The translations under genes and the position numbers were made by a program. Shown in pieces: positions 8,587 through 18,300 of a stretch of DNA of 64,000 nt (position 1 is the first letter of the stretch; the number at the start of each line of letters is the position of its first letter). The notes below the pieces were generated by a model. That model searched no databases, was not told where the DNA came from, and saw only the letters and a program-made list of their open reading frames with translations. The stretch comes from Minisyncoccia bacterium (GTDB lineage: Bacteria; Patescibacteriota; Minisyncoccia; Moranbacterales; GCA-2747515). The stretch lies in assembly GCA_041738235.1 (NCBI GenBank), contig JBGSQF010000018.1:1404-65403 (forward strand), in the 5' to 3' direction.

Positions 8587-10473
8587 ATGGCAACGCGTTT
8601 AAAAACGATAGAATACTATTTGGATGAGATGGACAGCATCTCCGATAATACTGATACGAATTTTAACCAGATCACAATCGATATTCCCGAGAGTTCCCCG
8701 GATTTTCGATCGGTCACTCTGGAAATAATGTGGCACGATGCTTCAACAGTGACCAATAACACGTCAAGGCGGCAACTCTCAGTACAACTCGGTTCTGCGG
8801 GGTATACTTCGGTCAATAATACCAACACTATTACACAGTCGGGAGAGGATATTTGGCTTCAGTTTGCCGCAAATTTTACCGCATATTTTAATACTAACTG
8901 GTCGGGGACCAGCATGACCTTTGATGCAAGGGCTTTGATAGATTCAGCTGCCACAGCCCCTATTATTCGTGCAATTACATGTAAAGTGACTGTAACGTAT
9001 GCTTATGACGACACTTCGACAACGCACATAAAGACCGTGCGTATCCCACTTTTTGGGAGTTATGGTGCGCTTACGACATCTAAGCCGGGAACTCCAAACG
9101 CCACTATTCCACTTTTTGATACCTGGCTTCCTGAGGACAGTGTAAGTATTAAGCACATGGCTGTCGTGATCCAGGGAAATGAGGAATCTGCGGGTACTGT
9201 GGATATGAGTATGACGATGCAGATAGACGCACTAACGTCTCGAACAACCCCGCTCCACGAAAAAGGACGCGCAACATCGTCTTGGTATCGACATACATGG
9301 AACCAAAATAGTCTGGATACAAGTACATCGCATGAATTTTATCTTTGGGCTTCGGTGACCGACTTTGACCATCCGCAAGTGTGGATGATCGTTACCTATA
9401 CGTTCAATGCGACGAACACAACGACGGTGATGAATAGTTTGATCCTTCCAATGGAGTTTGATAGTCCGGCAGGGGGACCTACTTCGTCTGATTGGCAACG
9501 AGCTTGGAGGGATGTCTGGATCGAGGAGCCGGGAACTATCACCATTAAAGAGACAGCGATCTTTATCCATTATGAACAGCGTGCGGCTGTGTCAGGACTC
9601 AATGCGAGAATGGCAACTGATAGCTTTCATGCGATCACCAGTGTGGGTACTGTGGTTGCCGGAGGGTGTGGTTTTATGCTTCCGGGAGGTCAGGGGTTGT
9701 TCTCTCTGTCGCGTGGGAAAAATACCGGTTACGCAGATATTTACCGAACTGATACGACGGACTTGGTCTGGAATATTAGCAGTTGGTGGATGCTGAATTA
9801 TACCAGCGGTAAGGCAACAGATGGTGTAGGAGCGCATAACCATACGGTGATACGCAATTTATTCACGCACGATACCGTTAACGCTGATAATAACTGCACG
9901 ACCCCTGCTGTATCTCCCAGTATTCCGGAGACAAATTGGTTTATGAACTCTTGTGGATTGAATTATCAATATTTGACGAATACGACGGGAAATCCAACAG
10001 GAATATCGATCCAGGTGGAGCGTCTTACGGCTGAGGGAGGAATAAAGTGGGAGCAGATCTATAACGATAGCGCAGATAGCGATCCTGAAGTGGGAATACG
10101 GCAGTGTTGGGCGACGGCGAGAAAGGTTTTTTTTCGGTGGCCGGGTGATCCGGGAGAGGAGCGTATTGCGATACAAACAGATCGTCGGTATAAAGTGTAC
10201 ACTGCCTTTGGAGCTAACGCCTGGGATCATTTGGATCTCTATATGACGTATCATTCCATAACCTTTACCGCAAGTGGGACAGTAACGGGTTCTGCGGGAG
10301 GAACAGTAGAGATCGGTCTTTATAGAACAACGGGAGAGAAGGTACTTTCTACTTCACGTTCGGGTAACGGAGTCTATTCATTTACTTGGTATGACAATAC
10401 CGCGACGCTTTTTACCGAGGCCATAGAAGACTCAACACATTTGGGAAGGAGTAACGATGCATTGGCATCTTAG
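8587..10473 (+). CDS. Large signal-less beta-rich protein (MATRLKT paralog 2)
   Basis: Shares MATRLKT, YDDT.TT.IKTV.IPL, LPME.DSP and YSFTWYDNT...THLGRS with 5794..7734. Confidence 0.85.
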   Translation: MATRLKTIEYYLDEMDSISDNTDTNFNQITIDIPESSPDFRSVTLEIMWHDASTVTNNTSRRQLSVQLGSAGYTSVNNTNTITQSGEDIWLQFAANFTAYFNTNWSGTSMTFDARALIDSAATAPIIRAITCKVTVTYAYDDTSTTHIKTVRIPLFGSYGALTTSKPGTPNATIPLFDTWLPEDSVSIKHMAVVIQGNEESAGTVDMSMTMQIDALTSRTTPLHEKGRATSSWYRHTWNQNSLDTSTSHEFYLWASVTDFDHPQVWMIVTYTFNATNTTTVMNSLILPMEFDSPAGGPTSSDWQRAWRDVWIEEPGTITIKETAIFIHYEQRAAVSGLNARMATDSFHAITSVGTVVAGGCGFMLPGGQGLFSLSRGKNTGYADIYRTDTTDLVWNISSWWMLNYTSGKATDGVGAHNHTVIRNLFTHDTVNADNNCTTPAVSPSIPETNWFMNSCGLNYQYLTNTTGNPTGISIQVERLTAEGGIKWEQIYNDSADSDPEVGIRQCWATARKVFFRWPGDPGEERIAIQTDRRYKVYTAFGANAWDHLDLYMTYHSITFTASGTVTGSAGGTVEIGLYRTTGEKVLSTSRSGNGVYSFTWYDNTATLFTEAIEDSTHLGRSNDALAS

Positions 10474-10484
10474 AAAAAAGACAT

Positions 10485-10649
10485 ATGGGAAACTTCGATA
10501 TAGAAATGCGAGATAATGGGACAGGTGATTTTGACCTTTCTCTTTCTTCGGGGGGTGGAGCGTCATCCGGGAACGGCAACTTCTTTTTATTTTTTGATGT
10601 TTTTCCGGTGCTTTCTTTGATGCTTTTTGGAGCGATCTTGTTTGTATAA
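10485..10649 (+). CDS. Unannotated 54-aa protein (RDNGT motif plus hydrophobic tail), copy 2
   Basis: Manual translation MGNFDIEMRDNGTGDFDLSLSSGGGASSGNGNFFLFFDVFPVLSLMLFGAILFV. Confidence 0.8.
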   Translation: MGNFDIEMRDNGTGDFDLSLSSGGGASSGNGNFFLFFDVFPVLSLMLFGAILFV

Positions 10650-10776
10650 CGTGGGTATGACTGTTCAAAAGGGTTTTTGGTTTTGGTGGGAATCTTTGTG
10701 TGTATGGGGGTAGGATGTGGTTGGTAAATATGATCCTTTTCTTGTATACTAAGAAGAGTAATTATAAGAGACCAAT

Positions 10777-11619
10777 ATGTTCTTATTTCAAAAAAAATCA
10801 AATTCAAGTGAGGCTCCTAACGAGGGCATGACACCGGCTGAGGGTTCTTTGAGGAAGGGTCGGATCAAGGTGGGTCTAGTTGCCAGTGTAATTGTTTTGA
10901 TCATTGCTGGTTCTCTTGGGACAGCTGGGTATTTCTATCACGCGTACAAAAAGGCTCTCACGCAGGTTGTTCCTGCGGCTGATGAGATATCAACGCTAAC
11001 CGAGAAGATATCGCGTATTGCAGAGCTTCCTTCCAGTGAGACTCCTACGCTTGCAACGGTATCCGATATATCAAAACTCTCCGGACAGAATTTTTTTGAG
11101 CGGGCACAAAATGGTGATAAGATACTGATCTATACTGGGGCTGGACTGGCATATATATATCGTCCATCAACAGGCAAGATAATTAATATCTCACAGCTCA
11201 ACACGCAGGACGTTCCCCAGGGAGGGGGAGATCAGGTTGCCTCTACACCCGCTCCTGAGCAGGTGCTTGGCGAGGAGGCGACCCAGCCAGTTGAAGAAAA
11301 GGTAGCAGAGCCCGAGGTTCCTGCTAAGCCTGCTCGCATTGCCCTTTACAATGGCACAGGAAGAAAAGGACTTACCTCGATCTTTGAAAAAGAGTTTCTT
11401 TCTGAAAAAGAGGGTGCATTTGAAGTTGTTGCCAAAGAGAATGCATCCAGTGCGGAGTATCAGGAAACGGTCATTGTGGATCTTACGAATAATCAGTCCG
11501 TTCGTGCTCAGCAGTTGGCGGATAAACTCGGTATATCTATTGCCGACGGGGTGCCTAATGGAGAGGTGTCACCCCCAGATACGGACATTCTGGTGATCTT
11601 AGGCGCCGATATTAAATAG
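10777..11619 (+). CDS. Membrane-anchored PTLATV-domain protein with LytR C-terminal domain
   Basis: TM plus PTLATV...AQNGDKILIY...IYRPS; C-terminal IALYNGTGRKGL...DILVILGAD typical of LytR_C. Confidence 0.8.
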   Translation: MFLFQKKSNSSEAPNEGMTPAEGSLRKGRIKVGLVASVIVLIIAGSLGTAGYFYHAYKKALTQVVPAADEISTLTEKISRIAELPSSETPTLATVSDISKLSGQNFFERAQNGDKILIYTGAGLAYIYRPSTGKIINISQLNTQDVPQGGGDQVASTPAPEQVLGEEATQPVEEKVAEPEVPAKPARIALYNGTGRKGLTSIFEKEFLSEKEGAFEVVAKENASSAEYQETVIVDLTNNQSVRAQQLADKLGISIADGVPNGEVSPPDTDILVILGADIK

Positions 11620-11698
11620 GAGCGGCGAAAATGAGGTACTGAAGGAGGGAAAACACCCTCTTTCTTTTTGTTCTAGGCGAGGTTATACTAAGTGTACT

Positions 11699-13114
11699 AT
11701 GAGACAAAAACAAAAAAATACTTGGCGATATACGGCAGTGAGGCTACATTTTCTTTTCGCGCTTCTGATCCTGAGCGTGTATATTGCCGCCTCTTTTTTC
11801 TATAGCCCAGAATTTCTCATTTCAAGTCTAAAAGGCAAGGCCATTGCCTTTGCGGACGACATCGTAGTTACGGCCACCGTGTTAGGTGCTCCTGTGCAAC
11901 CCGTGGTCTCTGGGAACGCTCAGTGTATCGATGGATCGCTGTCTGTTTCGTTGGATTGGGCTGATGATGTGAACTCTACATCGTACGATGTAGAGCGTAA
12001 TGGACCTCCTTTGGTTTCAGGTATTCTCTCATCCGCGTATCAAGATACTTTTGTGGCGGTTGGAACGAGCTACACGTACGTGGTGATTGCCCATGGTCCT
12101 ATGGGATCGGGTATGGCTGTTTCTGATCCATTTGTAGTTACTACGCCATCGCAATGCGCTAACATTCTTCCTGCGCCCACAGTGGCTCTCACTGCTTTTG
12201 ACGGGAGAGGCATAAGTGGGACAATGAGAACAACGGAGCAGAGACCGCTTTTTGAAGGAACATCTAATATCCCAGGTGCCATCATTGCTTTGCAAATAAA
12301 TGGTGTGACCACGGTACAGGCGCAGGTAACAACAAATGTTAATGGTTATTGGAGCTGGCGTCCTTCGGTAAATATTTCTTATGGAGCGCACACGCTTTTT
12401 TTCACAGCTACAGATCCTAATGATACCAACAGACAAGTCTCGGCATCGTTTGATTTTTTGATCGCAAAAGAAAAGACCGAATCCTCTTCCAAGACGTCAA
12501 AGGAAAATAGTTCTCCGATCAGTGTTTCTCATTCAACTGTAGGAGTGTCTTCCCCGACGGTTAAAGTTCCATCAGTGGGAGTTCCTCTTGATTTCTCTCT
12601 TTCTCTGGGAAGGGGAAGTGTTTTGCAGGGCGACAGATTACCTGTAGAGGTTTTCACTAAACGATTGTCTGGGGAATACGAGAACACGAATGCGATCCTG
12701 CGTTTTTCGATCGTGGATGAGGATGGGGTTGAAAGAGTTGTGGAGTTTCAGGATATAGTCCTCACAAAAGAGGGGGTTTATGGATCCTCCCTGCTCATTC
12801 CTGGGTATATGAAGAAAGGACGGTATGCTGTTGTTGCACAGATCCGTTTCGGTTCATACGATGTTGCTCGAGAGCAGGAATTTTTGGTTTTGCCACGGCC
12901 TGTTTTGAATCTTGGGGGAGGTATGGTATTGACCTATCCAGATGTATTGGATCGTCTTGGAGATGTCGCTTTTCTTTTGTTTCTCCTATTACTTTTGTGG
13001 ATCTTTGCTTTTTCAAAGGAGTATCTTTTGTATCTTCGTTCTTGGCGGCATATTACTGAAAGACACTTACAAAAACTCGGGTTTTTTGGAAAGAGAAAGG
13101 GGGTGGGCGTATGA
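11699..13114 (+). CDS. Surface protein with FN3/Ig-like domains and N- and C-terminal TM helices
   Basis: SLDW...SYDVERNG...YQDT...YTYVV (FN3-like); P.FEGT...NGYWSW (Big-like); two hydrophobic helices. Confidence 0.7.
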   Translation: MRQKQKNTWRYTAVRLHFLFALLILSVYIAASFFYSPEFLISSLKGKAIAFADDIVVTATVLGAPVQPVVSGNAQCIDGSLSVSLDWADDVNSTSYDVERNGPPLVSGILSSAYQDTFVAVGTSYTYVVIAHGPMGSGMAVSDPFVVTTPSQCANILPAPTVALTAFDGRGISGTMRTTEQRPLFEGTSNIPGAIIALQINGVTTVQAQVTTNVNGYWSWRPSVNISYGAHTLFFTATDPNDTNRQVSASFDFLIAKEKTESSSKTSKENSSPISVSHSTVGVSSPTVKVPSVGVPLDFSLSLGRGSVLQGDRLPVEVFTKRLSGEYENTNAILRFSIVDEDGVERVVEFQDIVLTKEGVYGSSLLIPGYMKKGRYAVVAQIRFGSYDVAREQEFLVLPRPVLNLGGGMVLTYPDVLDRLGDVAFLLFLLLLLWIFAFSKEYLLYLRSWRHITERHLQKLGFFGKRKGVGV

Positions 13115-13422
13115 GTCCCATTGAGGTGATCGTGGTGGTGAAAGGGATAACGTTAGTGGCGCTTCTTTTTTCGATCGTGTTCACTGCTGGGGTAGTTTGG
13201 CGTGTGGAGCGTAAGCTCGACACATCGTACAAGGCATTTTTGGCGGGAATACTTTTTGAGATCGCCGCCAATGTTCTTGGGCTTTTTTCGTTTGACCAAC
13301 TTGGAGGAATCATGAATGTTGTGGCAAATGTGTTCCATATGCTTTTTGCTTTAAGTTTTTTGGCTGGAGTATTGTGGATGCGTAGTATCATTCGGGAAAT
13401 AGATGGAGAGAAAGAGAAGTGA
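13111..13422 (+). CDS. Small three-TM membrane protein
   Basis: Three hydrophobic segments; ATGA overlap with the upstream gene. Confidence 0.7.
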   Translation: MSPIEVIVVVKGITLVALLFSIVFTAGVVWRVERKLDTSYKAFLAGILFEIAANVLGLFSFDQLGGIMNVVANVFHMLFALSFLAGVLWMRSIIREIDGEKEK

Positions 13423-13528
13423 CCGATCTGTTTTGCCAATAGAGTAAAACCGCCGCTGTTTGACACGTCGGTTTTTCTTTGCTACGATTTCCTCTTAACC
13501 AAAATGATTTCCTTATCTGAGATGACCT

Positions 13529-14659
13529 ATGGCACTCCAACCGATCGACACGCTGAAGGATGTTCTTCAAAAGACAAAAAAGCCACTGATCATCTTACCG
13601 GAGCATCCAAACGGGGATGTTGTTTCTTCTGCATGGGCATTCTCCGCATATCTTGACGGTAAAGGGGTCATCTCTACGGTGGCAGTCTCTGATCCGTACA
13701 ATAAAAAGGCGCGTTTTAACTTTTTGCCTGCACCAGGAAATATACTCTCATCCCTTGCTGGATCGAAAAACTTTGTATTGGTCTTTGATACGACCAATAA
13801 TGCCATCTCTAATGTGCGTACAGAGCGAAGAGATAATGAGCTTCGTATCACGCTCACCCCGGAGAAGGGATCGATCGATCCTCGAGATTTTTCTTTTATA
13901 CCGGCACAGCTGAAATATGATCTTATCATTACTTTGGGCTGTACGGAAAAGGAGTCGATCGGGAAACTCTATGAAGAAAGCGCTGACATCTTTTATGAGA
14001 TTCCTGTAGTGAATATCGATTGTCAGAGTACTAATGATGGATTTGGTCAGATCAATATTGTGGATATTACTGCGTCGAGCGTTTCGGAGATCGTGGCGAC
14101 GACATTGGTGGCGATCGATGATACGGGAGTGACCAAAGATGTGGCACAGTGTCTTTTGGCGGGGATCATCAGTGCAACCGATAGCTTTCAACAAAAGAAC
14201 ACTACACCGAACTCTTTCTATCTCTCCGCACAGCTTATCGAGCGAGGGGCTAATCAACAGGATATCGTCAAACATTTGTACAAAACGCAACCTCTGGGAC
14301 TTATCAAGCTTTGGGGACGCATTATGGCGAAGTTGCAGTGGGATGAGTCGATAGGGCTTGTGTGGGCACAAGTAACGATCGAGGATTTTGTACAAAGTCG
14401 TATGCATCCCAACGACCTCCCCACGATCCTCGAGAAGATCAAATCGAACTATGCGTCAGGAAAGATATTTCTCCTTATGTATGAACAAAAGTCGGGATCA
14501 ACGGTGGGTATTGTAAAGCTTTCCAGCTCCAACGCACTGGCGAAAAAACTTGATTCTTTTGGATACGTTTCTCGTGGTGAGTACGGCGAGGTACGATTTG
14601 AGGGTGTGGGACGAGACGAAGCGGAAAAAAAGGTCCTTGAGGCGCTCCGATCCGAGTAA
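13529..14659 (+). CDS. DHH-family (NrnA-like) phosphoesterase homolog with degenerate motifs
   Basis: PNGDVVSS; VVNIDCQSTN in place of DHH; ASSVSEIV; LLAGIISATDSF. Confidence 0.75.
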   Translation: MALQPIDTLKDVLQKTKKPLIILPEHPNGDVVSSAWAFSAYLDGKGVISTVAVSDPYNKKARFNFLPAPGNILSSLAGSKNFVLVFDTTNNAISNVRTERRDNELRITLTPEKGSIDPRDFSFIPAQLKYDLIITLGCTEKESIGKLYEESADIFYEIPVVNIDCQSTNDGFGQINIVDITASSVSEIVATTLVAIDDTGVTKDVAQCLLAGIISATDSFQQKNTTPNSFYLSAQLIERGANQQDIVKHLYKTQPLGLIKLWGRIMAKLQWDESIGLVWAQVTIEDFVQSRMHPNDLPTILEKIKSNYASGKIFLLMYEQKSGSTVGIVKLSSSNALAKKLDSFGYVSRGEYGEVRFEGVGRDEAEKKVLEALRSE

Positions 14660-14765
14660 AAGAATATGTTTGTATATAAAAAAACCGGCCGAAAGGTCGT
14701 TTTTTGTTTGGGGTGACGAGTTGTGGGTAGGGGCGTCGCGATGGACGCCCCCCCCAACAAAAAAG

Positions 14766-15140
14766 CTATGAGTTTTCGATCTGACCTATGCGGTAGGTCA
14801 AATAGGGTATGATCACCCTCTGAAAAAGCAACTTCTTTCCCCCGTAACGGCGGACAAAATTCAATACTCTCCCGATGATTGAATGATATGCTGTTGGGGG
14901 GAGATTTGCCCGGACGATCTTTGTCCCATCTTTTGTAAATTGTATATGGACCAAGAGGTCCCCGGATTCGGCTGTTAAAATCCGTTCCGTTTCGAAAAAA
15001 GGACTTCTTGCCGAAGAGGAAAAGACAAACAATTCCTCCAGAACCGACCAACTTGGGGCGCCTGGACAGCTTATGACGCTTATAGTCCCACGTCCCCATT
15101 TCGGGTAAAAGGTTCTTTTGAGAGTGAGGTTGGTACACAT
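14766..15140 (-). CDS. Hypothetical protein
   Basis: 124-aa ORF filling the intergenic gap; upstream TTGACA-16-TACTCT (15221-15194); GC hairpin downstream. Confidence 0.4.
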   Translation of the reverse strand: MCTNLTLKRTFYPKWGRGTISVISCPGAPSWSVLEELFVFSSSARSPFFETERILTAESGDLLVHIQFTKDGTKIVRANLPPTAYHSIIGRVLNFVRRYGGKKLLFQRVIIPYLTYRIGQIENS

Positions 15141-15169
15141 GCTCGTAGAGTTTCACCCCGTTTGTTGCC

Positions 15170-15190
15170 ATATCGCTCGGCGAGCGATAT
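15170..15190. repeat. Perfect 10-1-10 inverted repeat
   Basis: ATATCGCTCG-G-CGAGCGATAT. Confidence 0.85.
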
Positions 15191-15383
15191 AAAAGAGTAC
15201 AAAAAAAACGACATTTGTCAATGGACGAAGAGGAGGCAGTCTTGTTTTTTCTTTTATACCCACGTAGACGGGAATGGACATAAAAGCATTGTTAAGTGTC
15301 AAGTGTTAAGCGCCCCCCTTTTCTTTATTTGTCTATTTGTAAAAAGTTTGTAATTTGTGGCAGATGAAGTACAATAAAATCAT

Positions 15384-18300
15384 ATGACCACACAAACACT
15401 CAACAAAAATATAACCAAAAGTGAAAAGGATCGATCGGAGAAGACCACAAAAACACTTTCGGCCATGCGGACCAGATCTGAGGAGGAGCATGCGCTAGGA
15501 TTGGCACTTGCGATGCGTTTGCCGTATATGGACTTGCATCTTATGCCGGTTGATGCGGATGATGTGTTAAATATGCCATTAGAGGACTCCAAGCGTTTGC
15601 TTGCGGGGGTGTTTGTAAAACGTGGAAGAAGTGTCCGGATCGGAGCGGTTGTTCCCGATAGTCCAGAGTTGGGGGAGTATATAGAACAGTTGGAAGAAAA
15701 AAAGGGTTGGTCCGTTGAGCTCTATGTTATTTCTCAGACTTCATTAGATAAACTCTGGGAACTGTATAGTAAGCGAAACCTTCTCGATAACTTGGATACG
15801 ATGAAGATCGATCTGGATCGCGAGGACTTGGAGAAATTCGAGGAGAACTTCGGGGATATTATCAAGCTCCGGGATCGGATGGAAGAACTACCTACATCTG
15901 AACTTATCGCTCTTGTTTTTTCGGGCGCGATCAAAATGAAGGCAAGTGATATCCACTTTGAGGTGAACGAAAATGATGTTCGGATGCGATATCGTTTGGA
16001 CGGGGTATTGAATGATATTGGAAGTTTTCCTTTACGATCCTATAAGCTGGTTGTTTCGCGTATCAAAATGATGTCGAAACTCAAGCTGAACGTTCGATCT
16101 CGCGCTCAGGATGGACACTTCTCTTTGTCTGCGGATGAAAACAAAGGGTCTGGAAGGATCGATGTTCGTGTGAGCATTATCCCGAGTCGATATGGAGAGA
16201 GTATTGTGATGAGAATTTTGCGACAGGATTCTATTTTGCTTGGTGTTGAGGATCTCGGTCTTCGTGGTCGTGCGTACGAACGACTTCAAGAAGCGATCGG
16301 ACAGACCAATGGAATGGTCCTTACAACAGGTCCGACAGGTTCTGGAAAGACCACCACGCTGTATGCGATCATTAACAAACTTAACAAGTCGGACATCAAG
16401 ATCATCACCATAGAAAATCCGGTTGAATACGAGATAGCAGGCATTTCGCAGACGGAGGTAACTAAAGAGGGGTATGACTTTTCGCAAGGACTTCGTGCAA
16501 TCGTTCGTCAAGACCCAGATGTTATATTAGTGGGGGAGATCCGGGACGATGAGACGGCATCAGTTGCGGTCAATGCGGCACTTACCGGGCACCTGGTGCT
16601 TTCTACGGTGCACACCAATAACGCCGTTGACACTATTCCACGTTTGGTGGAACTGGGTGTAAAACCCTCTCTGATCGGTCCTTCTATTAATGTAGCTATT
16701 GCGCAACGGTTGGTCAGGCGACTGTGTACACATTGTCGAGAAACCTATGTTCCTGCGAAAGATACGATACAGATGCTGCAAAAGATATTGGCGGTCATTT
16801 CACCAAAGGCGGGGGTGGTGATCCCATCAAAGATCGAAACGTTGTATCGTGCCAAGGGATGTGCTAAGTGCAACAATATTGGGTACTCCGGACAGGTGGG
16901 TATATTTGAGGTGCTTGGCATGTCTGATGAGATACAAAAACTCATTGATGCGATGCGTCCGCACGGGGAGATCTTAAAAGTGGCGGTAGAAGAGGGAATG
17001 GTGGCGATGGAACAAGATGGGATCCTTAAAGCCATAGAGGGAGAGACATCCATTGAGGAGGTATGGCGCGTGGCAGGTGAGGGAGATTTCCTGAAGGAGC
17101 TGTATGAAGAGTTGATGCAGCAGACATTAGGCAGGGCACTCTTGCTTTCACATGAGATTCTTGACGATGTGGAACAAAATGCAAAAACAAAGGAACTTTT
17201 TGCTGAACATATCAAAAATGTTCCCGTAGAGAAGTTGCTTCCTTTCATATTTTCCGGTGCATTGCTTTTTGATGCGGGGGATATTCATATTGAACCTGCT
17301 AAAGATAGTTTTTCCGTTCGATTCCGTATTGATGGCATCCTCCAAACTATGGCCGAGCTTCCCCGAACACAATATCCGGGTCTGTTGGGAGAAGTAAAGG
17401 TTTTGAGCGGGCTGAAGTCACAGGCAGTGGCCGGCACAGCCGATAGTCGATTTTCGATCCAGAAAGAGGGACTAGAGGATCAACCCGGAGAAGGATCAGT
17501 GGATATCCGTGTTTCTATTTTGATGGGGGGGTATGGAGAGACAGTGGTGTTGCGACTACTGAATACTGCAGCAGTAGCTCTCGATCTTGAAAAATTGGGT
17601 ATCCGTGAGCAAAATCTTAAAAAGATCAAAAAACAGATGAGTCGGCCGAATGGATTTTTCTGTAATACGGGACCAACTGGTTCCGGAAAGACGACCACGT
17701 TGTATAGCATCTTGAAGATCCTTAATTCTCCAGATATAAAGATCATGACCGTTGAAGATCCGATCGAGTATCGGCTTGACGGCATCTTGCAAACACAGGT
17801 TAACGCTGAGGAAGGATACACATTTTCAAATGCTCTTCGTACGCTTCTTAGACAAAATCCAGATATTATTATGATCGGAGAGATCCGAGATGACGAGACG
17901 GCCCAGATCGCTGCTCAGGCGGCTCTTACAGGACACTTTGTACTTTCTACGCTTCATACAAATAACGCCATAGGGTCTATCCAGCGACTTCTGAATGTCG
18001 GAGTCAGTCCCGACAATCTTGCAGAACTGGCCAATGGATTTATGGCTCAACGACTTATTCGTGTGCTTTGTGAGTGTAAGAGAGAAAAAGAGGCAACGGA
18101 GGAAGAGAAAAAACGACTGACGGATGTTTTGAAAACCATTTCTAGTCAGTCAGGTGTTGTTGTTCCTCCGGTAGGGAAGATCTATGAACCGGGAGGTTGT
18201 GAAAAATGTCGGGGACTGGGGTACCGTGGGAGAAGTGTTATCAGTGAAGTGCTGACCGTTGATGGGAGCATTCAGGAACTTATTGCGCAAAGAGCGTTGA

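Noticed and set aside
5794-10473. Diversity-generating retroelement TR/VR pair suggested by the similar 3' ends of the two paralogs
   Set aside because: No reverse transcriptase in the window, and the differences are not adenine-specific; ordinary paralogy explains it
872-10649. Prophage tail module
   Set aside because: No capsid, terminase, portal, tape-measure or baseplate genes; interleaved with tat and membrane-anchored genes
14449-15171. 240-aa minus-strand ORF, or an RNase P/tmRNA gene in this gap
   Set aside because: The ORF overlaps the DHH gene and runs through terminator hairpins; RNase P (GAGGAAAGTCC) and tmRNA end signatures were not found
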